Of a DNA stretch of 46,085 nt, positions 18,469 through 28,079 are shown piece after piece. The notes beneath the pieces are model-generated. The model worked only from the letters and a program-made list of their open reading frames with translations, did not search any database and had not been told where the DNA came from. Numbering within the stretch: the first letter of the stretch is position 1; each line of letters starts with the position of its first letter. Made by a program: the position numbers and the translations under genes. Source of the stretch: an uncultured Thermoplasmatales archaeon (lineage in GTDB: Archaea > Thermoplasmatota > E2 > DHVEG-1). The stretch is from the NCBI GenBank assembly GCA_964391965.1, contig CAYMOC010000003.1, forward strand, positions 1 through 46,085, read 5' to 3'.

Positions 18469-19035
18469 TTAATTTTTTTTACAATCAATTATTCTTTTTT
18501 CTGATATTATTTTATCCATATAAACATCATGTTCATCCATTGGAATACTATCAACTATCTGAAACTCGAAACAAAGACCTATCTTTAAAATATCTGCTGA
18601 TTCATTTAACAATCGATCATAATATCCTTTGCCATGACCCAATCGGCCACCTTTTTCATCAAAGGCGACACCCGGAACAATAATCAAATCGATATCTTGA
18701 ATTTTTGTTTCTCTGATTTTTTCAAAACGGGGTTCTAAAATATTATATGAACCAACGCAAAGTTCTTCCCAGCTTTTCAGATGCGACAATGTCAACGAAT
18801 AATCTTCAGGGTTGCTAACAGGAACAATTATATTTTTTTTGTAAAAAAGTTCACAGATCATATCATGTGTAAAAACTTCGCCATTATACGAAATATAGAA
18901 AAGAATAGTCTCAGCATCTTCGAACTGCTTTAAACTAAACAGGTTTTCTTTAATTTCTTTGCTTTTTTTCCTGTTTTCTTCTTTACTAAGTTTTCTTCTT
19001 TTTTCTTTAATTTCTTTTCTAAGTTTATCTTTCAT
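18469..19035 (-). CDS. 5-formyltetrahydrofolate cyclo-ligase family protein
   Basis: About 190 aa. N-terminal KxxLRKEI...R pattern, VPGVAFDEKGGRLGHGKGYYDR motif. I prefer the ATG at 19035 over the TTG at 19041. Confidence 0.8.
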   Translation of the reverse strand: MKDKLRKEIKEKRRKLSKEENRKKSKEIKENLFSLKQFEDAETILFYISYNGEVFTHDMICELFYKKNIIVPVSNPEDYSLTLSHLKSWEELCVGSYNILEPRFEKIRETKIQDIDLIIVPGVAFDEKGGRLGHGKGYYDRLLNESADILKIGLCFEFQIVDSIPMDEHDVYMDKIISEKRIIDCKKN

Positions 19036-19158
19036 TAACAAATCATCATATAATCCAGTTACATATCTATCTTTGTAAAAAAATATATTTTAACCAAAAG
19101 TTATATATAATATAATATATAATGATTGAAATACAAAAAGAGAGAGTGTGATCAGAAT

Positions 19159-19530
19159 ATGAATAAAAAAATATTTTTTTCAAGCTTGGTGTTTTTATTG
19201 ATTATTATGATGCTGACCCCAACGATTGCATCTCAAAATCTTTTATCAAACGAAAACACCAATAATAAACTTCCAACTGATGAGCCAAATCCCATTCTTC
19301 CTATAAGAGGATTTGTAATGCCTTTAAACAAAAAGGTTGAAAAAATTGATGGCGAAGAATATACTTTTTATCGACCTATTCATCTTTGGTGGCCTTTTTC
19401 TAAAGTTTATACCTATTCGGATAATGTAGAAATTGGTTTTAAAAAAGGTCAATTAAAACCGGTCCTTGAAAAAATTGGACCAATAATTTTTGGTCAAATA
19501 ACAGAAGAGCCTATAATTAGGGATTTATAA
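19159..19530 (+). CDS. Small secreted protein, unknown function
   Basis: Signal peptide MNKKIFFSSLVFLLIIMMLTPTIASQ. A TATA-like box and a purine-rich RBS lie upstream. I recognised no domain. Confidence 0.6.
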   Translation: MNKKIFFSSLVFLLIIMMLTPTIASQNLLSNENTNNKLPTDEPNPILPIRGFVMPLNKKVEKIDGEEYTFYRPIHLWWPFSKVYTYSDNVEIGFKKGQLKPVLEKIGPIIFGQITEEPIIRDL

Positions 19531-19687
19531 AAAATACTTTTTTTCTTTTATTCTTCTTCAGTTTTTTTTCTTTCTTACTAAAAATGGCTTATTTAGAAAT
19601 TTTGTAACATAAACACTATAATCAAGCAATAAGTTTTATATATAATTAAATATATATTATTGTTAGGAATGAAAAGAAGGTGATATT

Positions 19688-20128
19688 ATGAAAAAGAAAA
19701 TAATACTTGTAGAAGTTATTCTAGCGGTTTTTTTAATGCTTTTAATGCCCTTGATTTCAAACATACCCGCACAAACAACAGAAAAAATTCAAGAGGAAAA
19801 AGAAACATCAATTAATAAAGATCCCCTAAATTTACCAATTTCAATTGTATCAGGAAAATACAAAGAATTAACCATGGAAGAATGCAATTCAAATGGTATA
19901 AGTTTCCATTTAAAAGGCACAGGAATAAGTGAAGGATATAGATGGGATAATCTCAAATTTTGGACATTATTTCCAATTCCTATTTCAATTAGCACAAATG
20001 AAAATTGGGTGGGAAATATTTACTCAAATTTTGAAATAAAGCATTTCATAGGCAATATCAATCACGAAGAAAACAGATTAGTGGGAATAGGTTTCAACTG
20101 TCGACTAACCGGACGGCATGATAACTAA
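19688..20128 (+). CDS. Small secreted protein, unknown function
   Basis: Signal peptide MKKKIILVEVILAVFLMLLMPLISNIPAQ. The GAAGGTGA RBS ends 4 nt before the ATG. It has its own TATA-like box. Confidence 0.6.
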   Translation: MKKKIILVEVILAVFLMLLMPLISNIPAQTTEKIQEEKETSINKDPLNLPISIVSGKYKELTMEECNSNGISFHLKGTGISEGYRWDNLKFWTLFPIPISISTNENWVGNIYSNFEIKHFIGNINHEENRLVGIGFNCRLTGRHDN

Positions 20129-20227
20129 TCCTCTAATAATTTTTTATATAAACATGCAAATATTTTTTAACAAAAAATTATATATATGTCTAACTATTAT
20201 AAAAAAGTTTAATAAAAAGTGATATAG

Positions 20228-20614
20228 ATGAAAAAGAAAATATTCATATTAAGTATTTTAGCATTTTTAATAATGATATCAATGCCGATGGTATCAAATG
20301 TGCAAGCTGAAAAACTGTCAAATAATTTCAATGATGTAAAAGATTCTGATACAGTCGAACCTAAAACTTCAGAAACAAAATGGAGGTCCATTTATATTGG
20401 CGTTACTGATATAGAGGTAACTACAACCCCTGCAGGGACAGATTGTGTTAAATTTAATTATATGATCCATTATCATTTTTCTTCATCAGGCGATGGTTTC
20501 ATAAAATTCAGCGATGATGGTGGTGTATTATTAATTTCACTAATATACCCATCATTTGGTGCCCTTCAAAGATCTAAGTCAGTTCCCATAATCATAGCTG
20601 GTTATCCTAACTAA
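20228..20614 (+). CDS. Small secreted protein, unknown function
   Basis: The signal peptide MKKKIFILSILAFLIMISMPMVSNVQAE is very similar to that of ORF 41270..41635. It has its own TATA-like box. Confidence 0.6.
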   Translation: MKKKIFILSILAFLIMISMPMVSNVQAEKLSNNFNDVKDSDTVEPKTSETKWRSIYIGVTDIEVTTTPAGTDCVKFNYMIHYHFSSSGDGFIKFSDDGGVLLISLIYPSFGALQRSKSVPIIIAGYPN

Positions 20615-20771
20615 AAAAATATCTTTTTTCTTAATTCTATTAAATTGAAACAAAATTTTTTTTCATTTATTTGAATTGTTTTTTAAATAATTTTAATGCT
20701 TTTTTCAGGAATTATTAAATATTCTTATAAAAGTGGTTTTTTTAAAAAATGATGTGGAGGAATAAAAATTT

Positions 20772-21260
20772 ATGAATAAAAAAATTGTTACAATACTATT
20801 ATTTGTATTCTTAATAACACCTCTTAGTTTTTTAGTAAACGCTAGCAATTTATTAGTTGAAACTACCAATAATCCAAATCAACCGCCGAATCCACCAGAA
20901 ATCGATGGTCCAAGATCTGGAGAAATAGCTGAAGAACATTTTTACAGTTTTAAAACAACTGATCCTGATGGAAATATGCTAATGACGCTTGAAATTAATT
21001 GGAGTGATGGAGATATACAAAGAGAAGGTGGTGAATCATGTACCATGCCTTGGGAGAGTGGAAAAGTAATAAATATTTCTCATGTGTGGAATGAAACTGG
21101 TGATTATTCTATTACGGCAAGAGTTCAGGATGTAAATGGTGATTGGAGTGAATGGAGTGACCCATTTGAGGTTACTATGCCTTACAGTTACTCATTTATA
21201 TTACAAATTATTCAAAGAATTGTAAACAGATTCCCAATTTTCCAATTTATTAATTTTTAA
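20772..21260 (+). CDS. Secreted PKD-like beta-sandwich protein with hydrophobic C-terminal tail
   Basis: Signal peptide present. PKD-like pattern PPEIDGPRSGEIAEEHFYSFKTTDPDGN...INWSDGD...SHVWNETGDYSITARVQDVNGDWSEWSDPFEVTMP. C-terminal tail ILQIIQRIVNRFPIFQFINF. GGAGG RBS. Confidence 0.7.
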   Translation: MNKKIVTILLFVFLITPLSFLVNASNLLVETTNNPNQPPNPPEIDGPRSGEIAEEHFYSFKTTDPDGNMLMTLEINWSDGDIQREGGESCTMPWESGKVINISHVWNETGDYSITARVQDVNGDWSEWSDPFEVTMPYSYSFILQIIQRIVNRFPIFQFINF

Positions 21261-21441
21261 TAAAATTTTTTATTAATATTTTTTATATCTGTTATATGTT
21301 GCATTTTATAAACTTATTAAATTTATAGTAATTTTTCAGAAATATTTATATAAAAATTGTTGCATTATAAGTTTGGAGTAAATAGGGGGCAGTAAAATAA
21401 AAAAAATTCAAAATAAGAGTATTTTAGCTCTTACTGCTTTT

Positions 21442-22422
21442 TTGATGCTATCATTGACTTTTTTTAATGTCCAAGCCAGCTCAACAGAAACAATATCCCA
21501 AGAAAATAATAATGATATTTTAACAGTTGACATAGGTTCTATGAAAATGGAATACATAGATGATCCTGATCAAAACTATGTAAAAATAACTTTTGATACC
21601 GCTTCAAATATTGATTTTCCAATTTTTGAAATTGGTCAAACAATACGCCTACAGGCGTCTTGGGAAATAGTTGAAGGTGGTTTAAGACAAGATTATTGGA
21701 ATTTTTCAATAGATAGAGTTAGTCTTGAATCTTGGTATCTATTTATTATTCCTGAAAATGAGATAGGATGGTATAGTGAAACACATGACACTCCTGGTGA
21801 AGATGATAGTTCAACTGGAATGTTATATTTTGATTTCACACCAACTCGCGACTGGTTTAGATATGCATGGCATAAAAGCACTGCTTCTGTAACTTTAAGA
21901 TGTGAATATAAAAACAAAAGATGGCTTGATACAGAATGGACTACTACAATTCAAACAAAAAAATTAGAAGAAGATTTAGAATATGAAAACACTCCACCAA
22001 CAATAACAAATTATGATGTAGTTAAAGATGGAAAAAAAATAACTCTTAACATGGATGCAATGGATCCAGATTATAGACCTTCCTCAGGTCAAGGAGATTA
22101 TATAGGTGTCACAATAGACTGGGGTGATGGAACAACAACTGACACAGGTTTCTGGGATGATAAAGACCAAATAATGAACGGTGAAACCACTGTATCTAAA
22201 ACTCATACATATGAAAACAAAGGAACATACACAATCACAGCGAAAGTAAAAGACTGGTATAACGCGGGATTCCATGAATACAGCAATGAAATATCTGATG
22301 AAGTAGAAGTTAAAAAATCAAGCAATATTGACTATGCGCCCTTATTTGATTTTTTAAAACAATTCCCATTTTTTGAAAAAATAATAAGTTTTCTTGAAAA
22401 TATTAATATAAAAATTTTGTAG
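21442..22422 (+). CDS. Secreted protein with C-terminal PKD-like domain and hydrophobic tail
   Basis: PKD-like block DAMDPDY...VTIDWGDGTTTD...THTYENKGTYTITAKVKD. C-terminal tail PLFDFLKQFPFFEKIISFLENI. The only canonical in-frame start is the TTG at 21442, which truncates the signal peptide. The open frame extends upstream to 21382 (see finding). Confidence 0.65.
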   Translation: MMLSLTFFNVQASSTETISQENNNDILTVDIGSMKMEYIDDPDQNYVKITFDTASNIDFPIFEIGQTIRLQASWEIVEGGLRQDYWNFSIDRVSLESWYLFIIPENEIGWYSETHDTPGEDDSSTGMLYFDFTPTRDWFRYAWHKSTASVTLRCEYKNKRWLDTEWTTTIQTKKLEEDLEYENTPPTITNYDVVKDGKKITLNMDAMDPDYRPSSGQGDYIGVTIDWGDGTTTDTGFWDDKDQIMNGETTVSKTHTYENKGTYTITAKVKDWYNAGFHEYSNEISDEVEVKKSSNIDYAPLFDFLKQFPFFEKIISFLENINIKIL

Positions 22423-22436
22423 AGAGGAAAAAAAAT

Positions 22437-24293
22437 ATGAAAAATAAAAAAATTAAAAGAACAATATGTTTTGCAGCAGTTTTTATAATGCTTGCTGCAG
22501 GAGTAAGCAGTTTTTTTATAAACACCAGTGTTAAAGCAGAAGAAGAACAAGATTTACTAGATGGAAGAGAACTTGAAGATCTTTGTGGTTTTAACGCACC
22601 AGAAGATTGGTGGCAGGATGTGAAATTTTATTTTATGACAACCTCCGCTGGTCAACCATCAAGTTTCGACTGGCGTGATGAAGGCGGAGTAACACCAGTA
22701 AAGGATCAAGGTAATTGTGGCAGCTGTTGGGCTTTTGGAACTGTGGCACCACTTGAAAGCGCTATAAAAATACGTGAAGGAATAACTGTTGATCTTTCAG
22801 AACAATGGCTTGTTAGCTGCAACCGTGATGGGTGGGGATGCAATGGCGGCTGGTGGGCTCATAACTACCATCAATATAAAACAGGAAGCTGCGGGGGATT
22901 TGGAGCAGTACTCGAGGATGATTTTCCATATAGTGCTTCAGATGAATCCTGCGGTGGACCTTACGACCATCCATACATAGTTGAAGATTGGGCATTTATA
23001 GGTGGTGAAGGAAGCGTTCCACCAACAGAGGATATAAAACAAGCAATAATGGACTATGGCCCTGTTTCAGTAGCAGTAAAAGTTGACAGCGGGTGGAGTA
23101 GTTACGATGGAAGTTATGTTTATGACAGTCATGCCCCCGGTAATGTAAACCATGCAGTAACTATCGTCGGATGGGATGACGACATGGGATCAGACGGAGC
23201 ATGGATCATCAAAAACAGCTGGGGTCCTGGCTGGGGAGATAACGGTTATATGTACATTGAATATGGATGCAGCAGTATCGGTTACTCAGCTTGTTTTGTA
23301 AATGGATATCATGGACCTCCAAGTGAAGCTGAGGAAAAAATAACATTTACAATTAAAGAAATCACAAATGATCCGGATAGAGGAGATTTTGATCCAATTG
23401 AACCGCCTTTTAACAAACCTGAATGGTACTACAGAGCAGGAGCAATATCAGAGCAAAACATTCAGCAATTCAACTACAACATGTGGACAGAAGATCTTGG
23501 AAGTTTTGGATATAACTCAGATTATACATGGGAACCACAGCAAGACCATGTTTTTTACACAGGCGAATCCACAATTGAACTTACATTAAAACTAATGGAT
23601 AACGATAAATTCCTTGACGAGGGAATATTCTTTAAAGATGACCTTGCGGATGTTAGTGCTTATCCAGGTGGAGGAAAAGATGATAAAACACCAGATTACA
23701 GACCTGCAATATATCATGGAACATACAATCTTATAACAGGTGAACTAACAGGCGATGATACCTCTGGACCCGACTCTCAAGGATACTTTACAACTATGGG
23801 CGATGGGATCAATAACGCAAAAGTCTGGTTTAAAATAACAGATAGTTACAATGAAGATTTGTATGAACCAGAAATAAGTGTTTCACCATCAACACTTGGT
23901 TTTGGAGAGGTAAAACAGGATGAAAATCCATCAAAAACATTCTCAGTAGAAAACCTAGCTGATTTCGACGAAAACGGATGGCAGAAACTAGATTGGAGTG
24001 CATCTGATAACAAAAACTGGATAAGCCTCAGTAAAACATCTGGTTCTTTAAACGGGGGACAAAGCGACACAGTAACAGTTACATTAGACACAGAACAACT
24101 ACAAAAAGGAAATGATTACTCTGGAACAATAACCGTGGATTCAAATGATGAAACAAAAAACATAGGTGTCAGTGTAAGCATCAAAAAATCATCATCAATA
24201 GAAAACCCATGGAGTATTTTTCTACAGAATCTATACCAAAAAATCATTGAAATATTACAGACACTATTACCAAACAATTTTATAAACCTGTAG
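22437..24293 (+). CDS. Secreted papain-family (C1) cysteine protease with C-terminal beta-sandwich (BACON/Ig-like) domain and hydrophobic tail
   Basis: Signal/anchor sequence. Catalytic Cys block QGNCGSCWAFGT, His block VNHAVTIVGWDD, Asn/Trp block IIKNSWGPGWGDNGY. C-terminal Ig-like block SVSPSTLGFGEV...FSVEN...DWSAS...WISLSKTSGSL. Tail WSIFLQNLYQKIIEILQTLLPNNFINL. Confidence 0.85.
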   Translation: MKNKKIKRTICFAAVFIMLAAGVSSFFINTSVKAEEEQDLLDGRELEDLCGFNAPEDWWQDVKFYFMTTSAGQPSSFDWRDEGGVTPVKDQGNCGSCWAFGTVAPLESAIKIREGITVDLSEQWLVSCNRDGWGCNGGWWAHNYHQYKTGSCGGFGAVLEDDFPYSASDESCGGPYDHPYIVEDWAFIGGEGSVPPTEDIKQAIMDYGPVSVAVKVDSGWSSYDGSYVYDSHAPGNVNHAVTIVGWDDDMGSDGAWIIKNSWGPGWGDNGYMYIEYGCSSIGYSACFVNGYHGPPSEAEEKITFTIKEITNDPDRGDFDPIEPPFNKPEWYYRAGAISEQNIQQFNYNMWTEDLGSFGYNSDYTWEPQQDHVFYTGESTIELTLKLMDNDKFLDEGIFFKDDLADVSAYPGGGKDDKTPDYRPAIYHGTYNLITGELTGDDTSGPDSQGYFTTMGDGINNAKVWFKITDSYNEDLYEPEISVSPSTLGFGEVKQDENPSKTFSVENLADFDENGWQKLDWSASDNKNWISLSKTSGSLNGGQSDTVTVTLDTEQLQKGNDYSGTITVDSNDETKNIGVSVSIKKSSSIENPWSIFLQNLYQKIIEILQTLLPNNFINL

Positions 24294-24314
24294 ACACCAA
24301 AAAAAAAATCTTAT

Positions 24315-25034
24315 CTACCTATTTTTTTTCTTTATTTCTTTAGCTGGAACACCAGCATAAACCCGGTTATTTTTCAAAGTTTTACCTTTAGGAACCACTG
24401 CACCAGCAGCAAGTTTAACATTATCCTCAAAAGTTACACCCGGCATAATAATAGCACCAGCACCTATAACACAATTATCCCCAATTTTTACTTTATCCAT
24501 AAAAAGTATTTCATTCTCAAAATCCTGGATATGCCCATACACAATTGAATATTCACCCATAGTAACATTATCACCAAATTCAGTAAGACACGGATCCTTA
24601 ATAATTCCACCAACCAGAGTGTTTTCACCAATTTTCATTCCAAGCAATCTAAGATAAACATATTTCATACCACCAACTGGAACAATTTCAATAATTCTTC
24701 TAATTGGATTATAAAGAACACAAACAAGAATCCATCGTAAAGACATACTATTCTCAAAATTATAAGGATAAACACCTGGTTTGTATTTTATATTAAAAAA
24801 ATGTATGATCAAACCAGAAATCAACAGCTGATAAACCACTGTAATATACAATCCAAATGTAATAAAAAAAGGCAACAGGAAAATATGCCAAATCTGTTGA
24901 AAATCTATAAAAAAAAGTATTAACATTGTATACAAAATTAAGGGGGTGAAACCAAAGGAGAAAACTAAAAAATTTATTAGGGAAACTAACATAGAACCTT
25001 TAATTTTTTTTAAAACCATTGTTTGTTTCTCCAT
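24315..25034 (-). CDS. Membrane-anchored hexapeptide-repeat (left-handed beta-helix) acyl/acetyltransferase
   Basis: The N-terminal ~110 aa are strongly hydrophobic (3-4 TM segments). The C-terminal part has imperfect hexapeptide repeats (IGENTLVGG, FGDNVTMGE, IGDNCVIGAGAIIMPGVTFEDNVKLAAGAVV). Confidence 0.65.
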   Translation of the reverse strand: MEKQTMVLKKIKGSMLVSLINFLVFSFGFTPLILYTMLILFFIDFQQIWHIFLLPFFITFGLYITVVYQLLISGLIIHFFNIKYKPGVYPYNFENSMSLRWILVCVLYNPIRRIIEIVPVGGMKYVYLRLLGMKIGENTLVGGIIKDPCLTEFGDNVTMGEYSIVYGHIQDFENEILFMDKVKIGDNCVIGAGAIIMPGVTFEDNVKLAAGAVVPKGKTLKNNRVYAGVPAKEIKKKNR

Positions 25035-25057
25035 TCAAATGTAAAAAACCCTTTCTT

Positions 25058-26338
25058 TTAGACAGTTATTTTATCGTATTCCTCACAGGCTCGCTCTATA
25101 AAATAATAATACTGTAATGAATCACCATTGTTTAGATTCTCAATAGCTTTCCATTGAAAACTTACAGCACTCTCAAAAAATATTTCATTTGAACCACTAA
25201 GATTTCTTCCAAGATAAGTTTGATATCGGTTAAACATGTGTGTAGTCCAATCAAAACATGCATCAGCAACAAGATCACAGGTTTCAACAGTGTTTTCATA
25301 AAACATCTGAGATTTACTTCCATTGTCACAATCTATATACAATGGTTCAACTAAAGGACTACTAAACCACATCCAACGTTCCTCATGAGTCATGAAATTA
25401 AAAATATAATCGGTTTTAGTATCATTTTCATCTTCAGGGTAACAAATACGATTAATAATCTGCCTGTTAGTATCGTAAGGAGTCTCTCCAGCAGTAGTAT
25501 CAAGGAGGACCCAACCGTAATCTGGCACGTAATACTCTACCATGTAATGCATCTGCGTCCAAAAACCTTGATCATTATTTACAAGAATTACTCTACTTGG
25601 TATGTTTTGATTTCGTAGAAAAGCACAAGCAAGATGACTTCTTCCAACATTTTCACCATTGATAAACAAAGTTGTTACTGCATCCTGAGAAAAGAAAAAA
25701 CCAAATTTTAACTGTATAAGAAACAGAAGATATCTATGATTTTTAATAAATGTAGAAACTTTATCAGCATAACTAATTAGATCATTGTTAAATAGTTTAA
25801 AACGAAATGATTTCAAACGGATAAAAATATTATTTTTTTGAGAAGAATTTGTTTCAACCAACCATTTCTTTGTGTAATCTGGAAGTCTGGACGCATTTGG
25901 AAAACTCTGAGACTCTGGAAGATCATTAAAACTATAATTTTTAAGTAAAACCCAGACTGTGAAATGAATCATGCGATGTTCGTCTTTTTCCATACCTGTT
26001 AAACTAAAATTAACAAATTTATTAGGAGATTTGTCTGTGTCATTTTCTATTTTATAGTTAATAATTTCAGAAGTTGTACCATTCAAAATTTGCAGATATA
26101 TAGGTGCTTGATAAAAATAATCAGGTGGAAAAGCATATTTAACAAAAAAATCGCTTGTATTGTTTTTAGCAACTATTTCAAGATAATGTTCAACTCTACA
26201 AAGATAAAGTTTAATATCTTCATCATCAGAACTAACATCAGAAATATTTAATTTTTTAATGCTGCTACCTGCAGGTATAAAAACAACGCTTAACAAAACC
26301 ACTGCAAACAAAATTGCACAAATTTTTTCTTTTTTCAT
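25058..26338 (-). CDS. Secreted or anchored transglutaminase-like (papain-fold) protein
   Basis: Signal anchor MKKEKICAILFAVVLLSVVF. Core-like block GRSHLACAFLRNQNIPSRVILV...QMHYMVEYYVPDYGWVLLDTT resembles the TGase core (C..fa..lRa.GIPaR.v...HaW.EvY...GW...DpT). The exact nucleophile position is uncertain. GGAGGTG RBS. Confidence 0.5.
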   Translation of the reverse strand: MKKEKICAILFAVVLLSVVFIPAGSSIKKLNISDVSSDDEDIKLYLCRVEHYLEIVAKNNTSDFFVKYAFPPDYFYQAPIYLQILNGTTSEIINYKIENDTDKSPNKFVNFSLTGMEKDEHRMIHFTVWVLLKNYSFNDLPESQSFPNASRLPDYTKKWLVETNSSQKNNIFIRLKSFRFKLFNNDLISYADKVSTFIKNHRYLLFLIQLKFGFFFSQDAVTTLFINGENVGRSHLACAFLRNQNIPSRVILVNNDQGFWTQMHYMVEYYVPDYGWVLLDTTAGETPYDTNRQIINRICYPEDENDTKTDYIFNFMTHEERWMWFSSPLVEPLYIDCDNGSKSQMFYENTVETCDLVADACFDWTTHMFNRYQTYLGRNLSGSNEIFFESAVSFQWKAIENLNNGDSLQYYYFIERACEEYDKITV

Positions 26339-26421
26339 AATTTTTGTTTACACCTCCAATAAAAAAATTTAGTAAACAAATCAAAAAAATATATAATAAT
26401 ATTTGTTTAAAAATCTTTTTA

Positions 26422-28014
26422 TTAAACATTTTTTGCAACAAAAACAAACTTCCAATCAGAAACATCACCTTCTGATTCTTCAACAATAAAACCATTATCA
26501 TTAAAAAGTTTTAAAATATCATTTTTCCTAAAGGCTGAATCATAAGCCTTAACATGATAACGAACAACATCAGAACCAGCAAACTTAAAACTCATATGCA
26601 ATTTTATAAAAAATAGTTTCCAACGAGGAAAATCTCGATTAAGAGCCTCTAAAACAAAAAAACCACCAGGTTTCAAAACACGTTTTATCTCAGAAAAACA
26701 TTTTCTAGGATTCATCCAATAAGTCAAACTAAAACGAGAAACCACTACATCACAAGAATCATTTTTTAAAGGAATACAATCAGAAAAACCTTGAATAAAA
26801 ACAGGTTGTTTTGATTTATCTTTAGCCATCTCAAGCATTTTAAAATCTTTATCTAAACCAATCATATCAGAATTAAAAATCGAATCTTCCATTTCTCTTA
26901 AAAGTAAACCCGGACCGCAACCTAAATCAAGAATAACAGAAAATTCAGATTTTTTATCTAAATATTTTTCAACATAAGAAGCAAGAACTTTATACAACTC
27001 TGGATATTTCTCCATATAACAAGTAAAATCCTCAACTCTTTTTTCAGATAAACCAGATTTAACACCACGTATTTCAAAAAAAGTAATCAATGCTCCAACA
27101 ACACTAGGTAACAACCAAATAACTGTAAACCAAAACAAAGACAAAGCCAACACCTTTTCAGGGAAAACACCAAAAACAGACAAAAGAGAAATCAAAGCAG
27201 CATCACGAGTACCCAAACCATAGATAGATATTGGAATAGAACCAACAAAGTTAGCTACAGCTACAATCAAAATAAAATAAAAAAAATCTACATTTATCAA
27301 AAACAATCTTGAAATCAAAAAGAAAATAGAAAAACGAACCAACCAACCAAAAACAGATATAAAAAAAGGTAAAAGAACATCTTTAAAACCTGGCAGATCT
27401 TGATAAAAAGCATCTATAGATTCAGAAAGTCGTTCCTTATAATTTGAAAAAAACTGTCTCTGAATAATTTTTTTGAAAAAAAACTTAGAGGTATCTTTTT
27501 TAAGAAAAAACAAAAACAAAAAAATAACTATAATAAAAACAAAAATTAACGCAAGAAAAACAGATGGGAATAAACTACCAAGAGTTAAACCCCCACATAT
27601 CCCTAGCAAAAGAAGAGAAAGAAAATCTATTGTGTTAAAAATAATAATATTTGAAACACATTTAGGAAGAGGACAACCACTTTCGTTTTTCAGATACAAA
27701 GAACGAGTATAAGCCCCAAACCCCCCTGGTGTAATAAAACCATAGAAATAACCAATGAAAATATTTTTTAAGGAATAAAAAAAACTGACATTGATTTTTT
27801 GTTTTTTAAGAAGAATCTGCCATTGTATATTTGAAAGTAAAACCACAGGAATTACTGAGAATAAAGCTAAAAAAGAATAAAAAGGATTAACTTTAGAAAA
27901 AACCTCAAAAATTTTTGCAAGATCAATAGTTGATAAAATATAGAATAAAATTATAAGTCCAACGATTGGAAAAAATTTAATAATTTTTTTAACCTTAGAG
28001 TTTGAGTTGTTCAT
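26422..28014 (-). CDS. Fusion protein: UPF0104 / MprF-flippase-like (LPG_synthase_TM) membrane domain + class I SAM-dependent methyltransferase
   Basis: The N-terminal ~320 aa are polytopic and paralogous to ORF 28780..29742. The C-terminal ~200 aa carry MTase motif I ILDLGCGPGLL, plus VVVSRFSLTYW and LKPGGFFVLE (Methyltransf_11-like). Confidence 0.65.
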   Translation of the reverse strand: MNNSNSKVKKIIKFFPIVGLIILFYILSTIDLAKIFEVFSKVNPFYSFLALFSVIPVVLLSNIQWQILLKKQKINVSFFYSLKNIFIGYFYGFITPGGFGAYTRSLYLKNESGCPLPKCVSNIIIFNTIDFLSLLLLGICGGLTLGSLFPSVFLALIFVFIIVIFLFLFFLKKDTSKFFFKKIIQRQFFSNYKERLSESIDAFYQDLPGFKDVLLPFFISVFGWLVRFSIFFLISRLFLINVDFFYFILIVAVANFVGSIPISIYGLGTRDAALISLLSVFGVFPEKVLALSLFWFTVIWLLPSVVGALITFFEIRGVKSGLSEKRVEDFTCYMEKYPELYKVLASYVEKYLDKKSEFSVILDLGCGPGLLLREMEDSIFNSDMIGLDKDFKMLEMAKDKSKQPVFIQGFSDCIPLKNDSCDVVVSRFSLTYWMNPRKCFSEIKRVLKPGGFFVLEALNRDFPRWKLFFIKLHMSFKFAGSDVVRYHVKAYDSAFRKNDILKLFNDNGFIVEESEGDVSDWKFVFVAKNV

Positions 28015-28079
28015 TATATTATTCTGAAAAACAAAAAAGGATTTATTTTATATAAACATTAAACAGCCAAAAAAAAATA

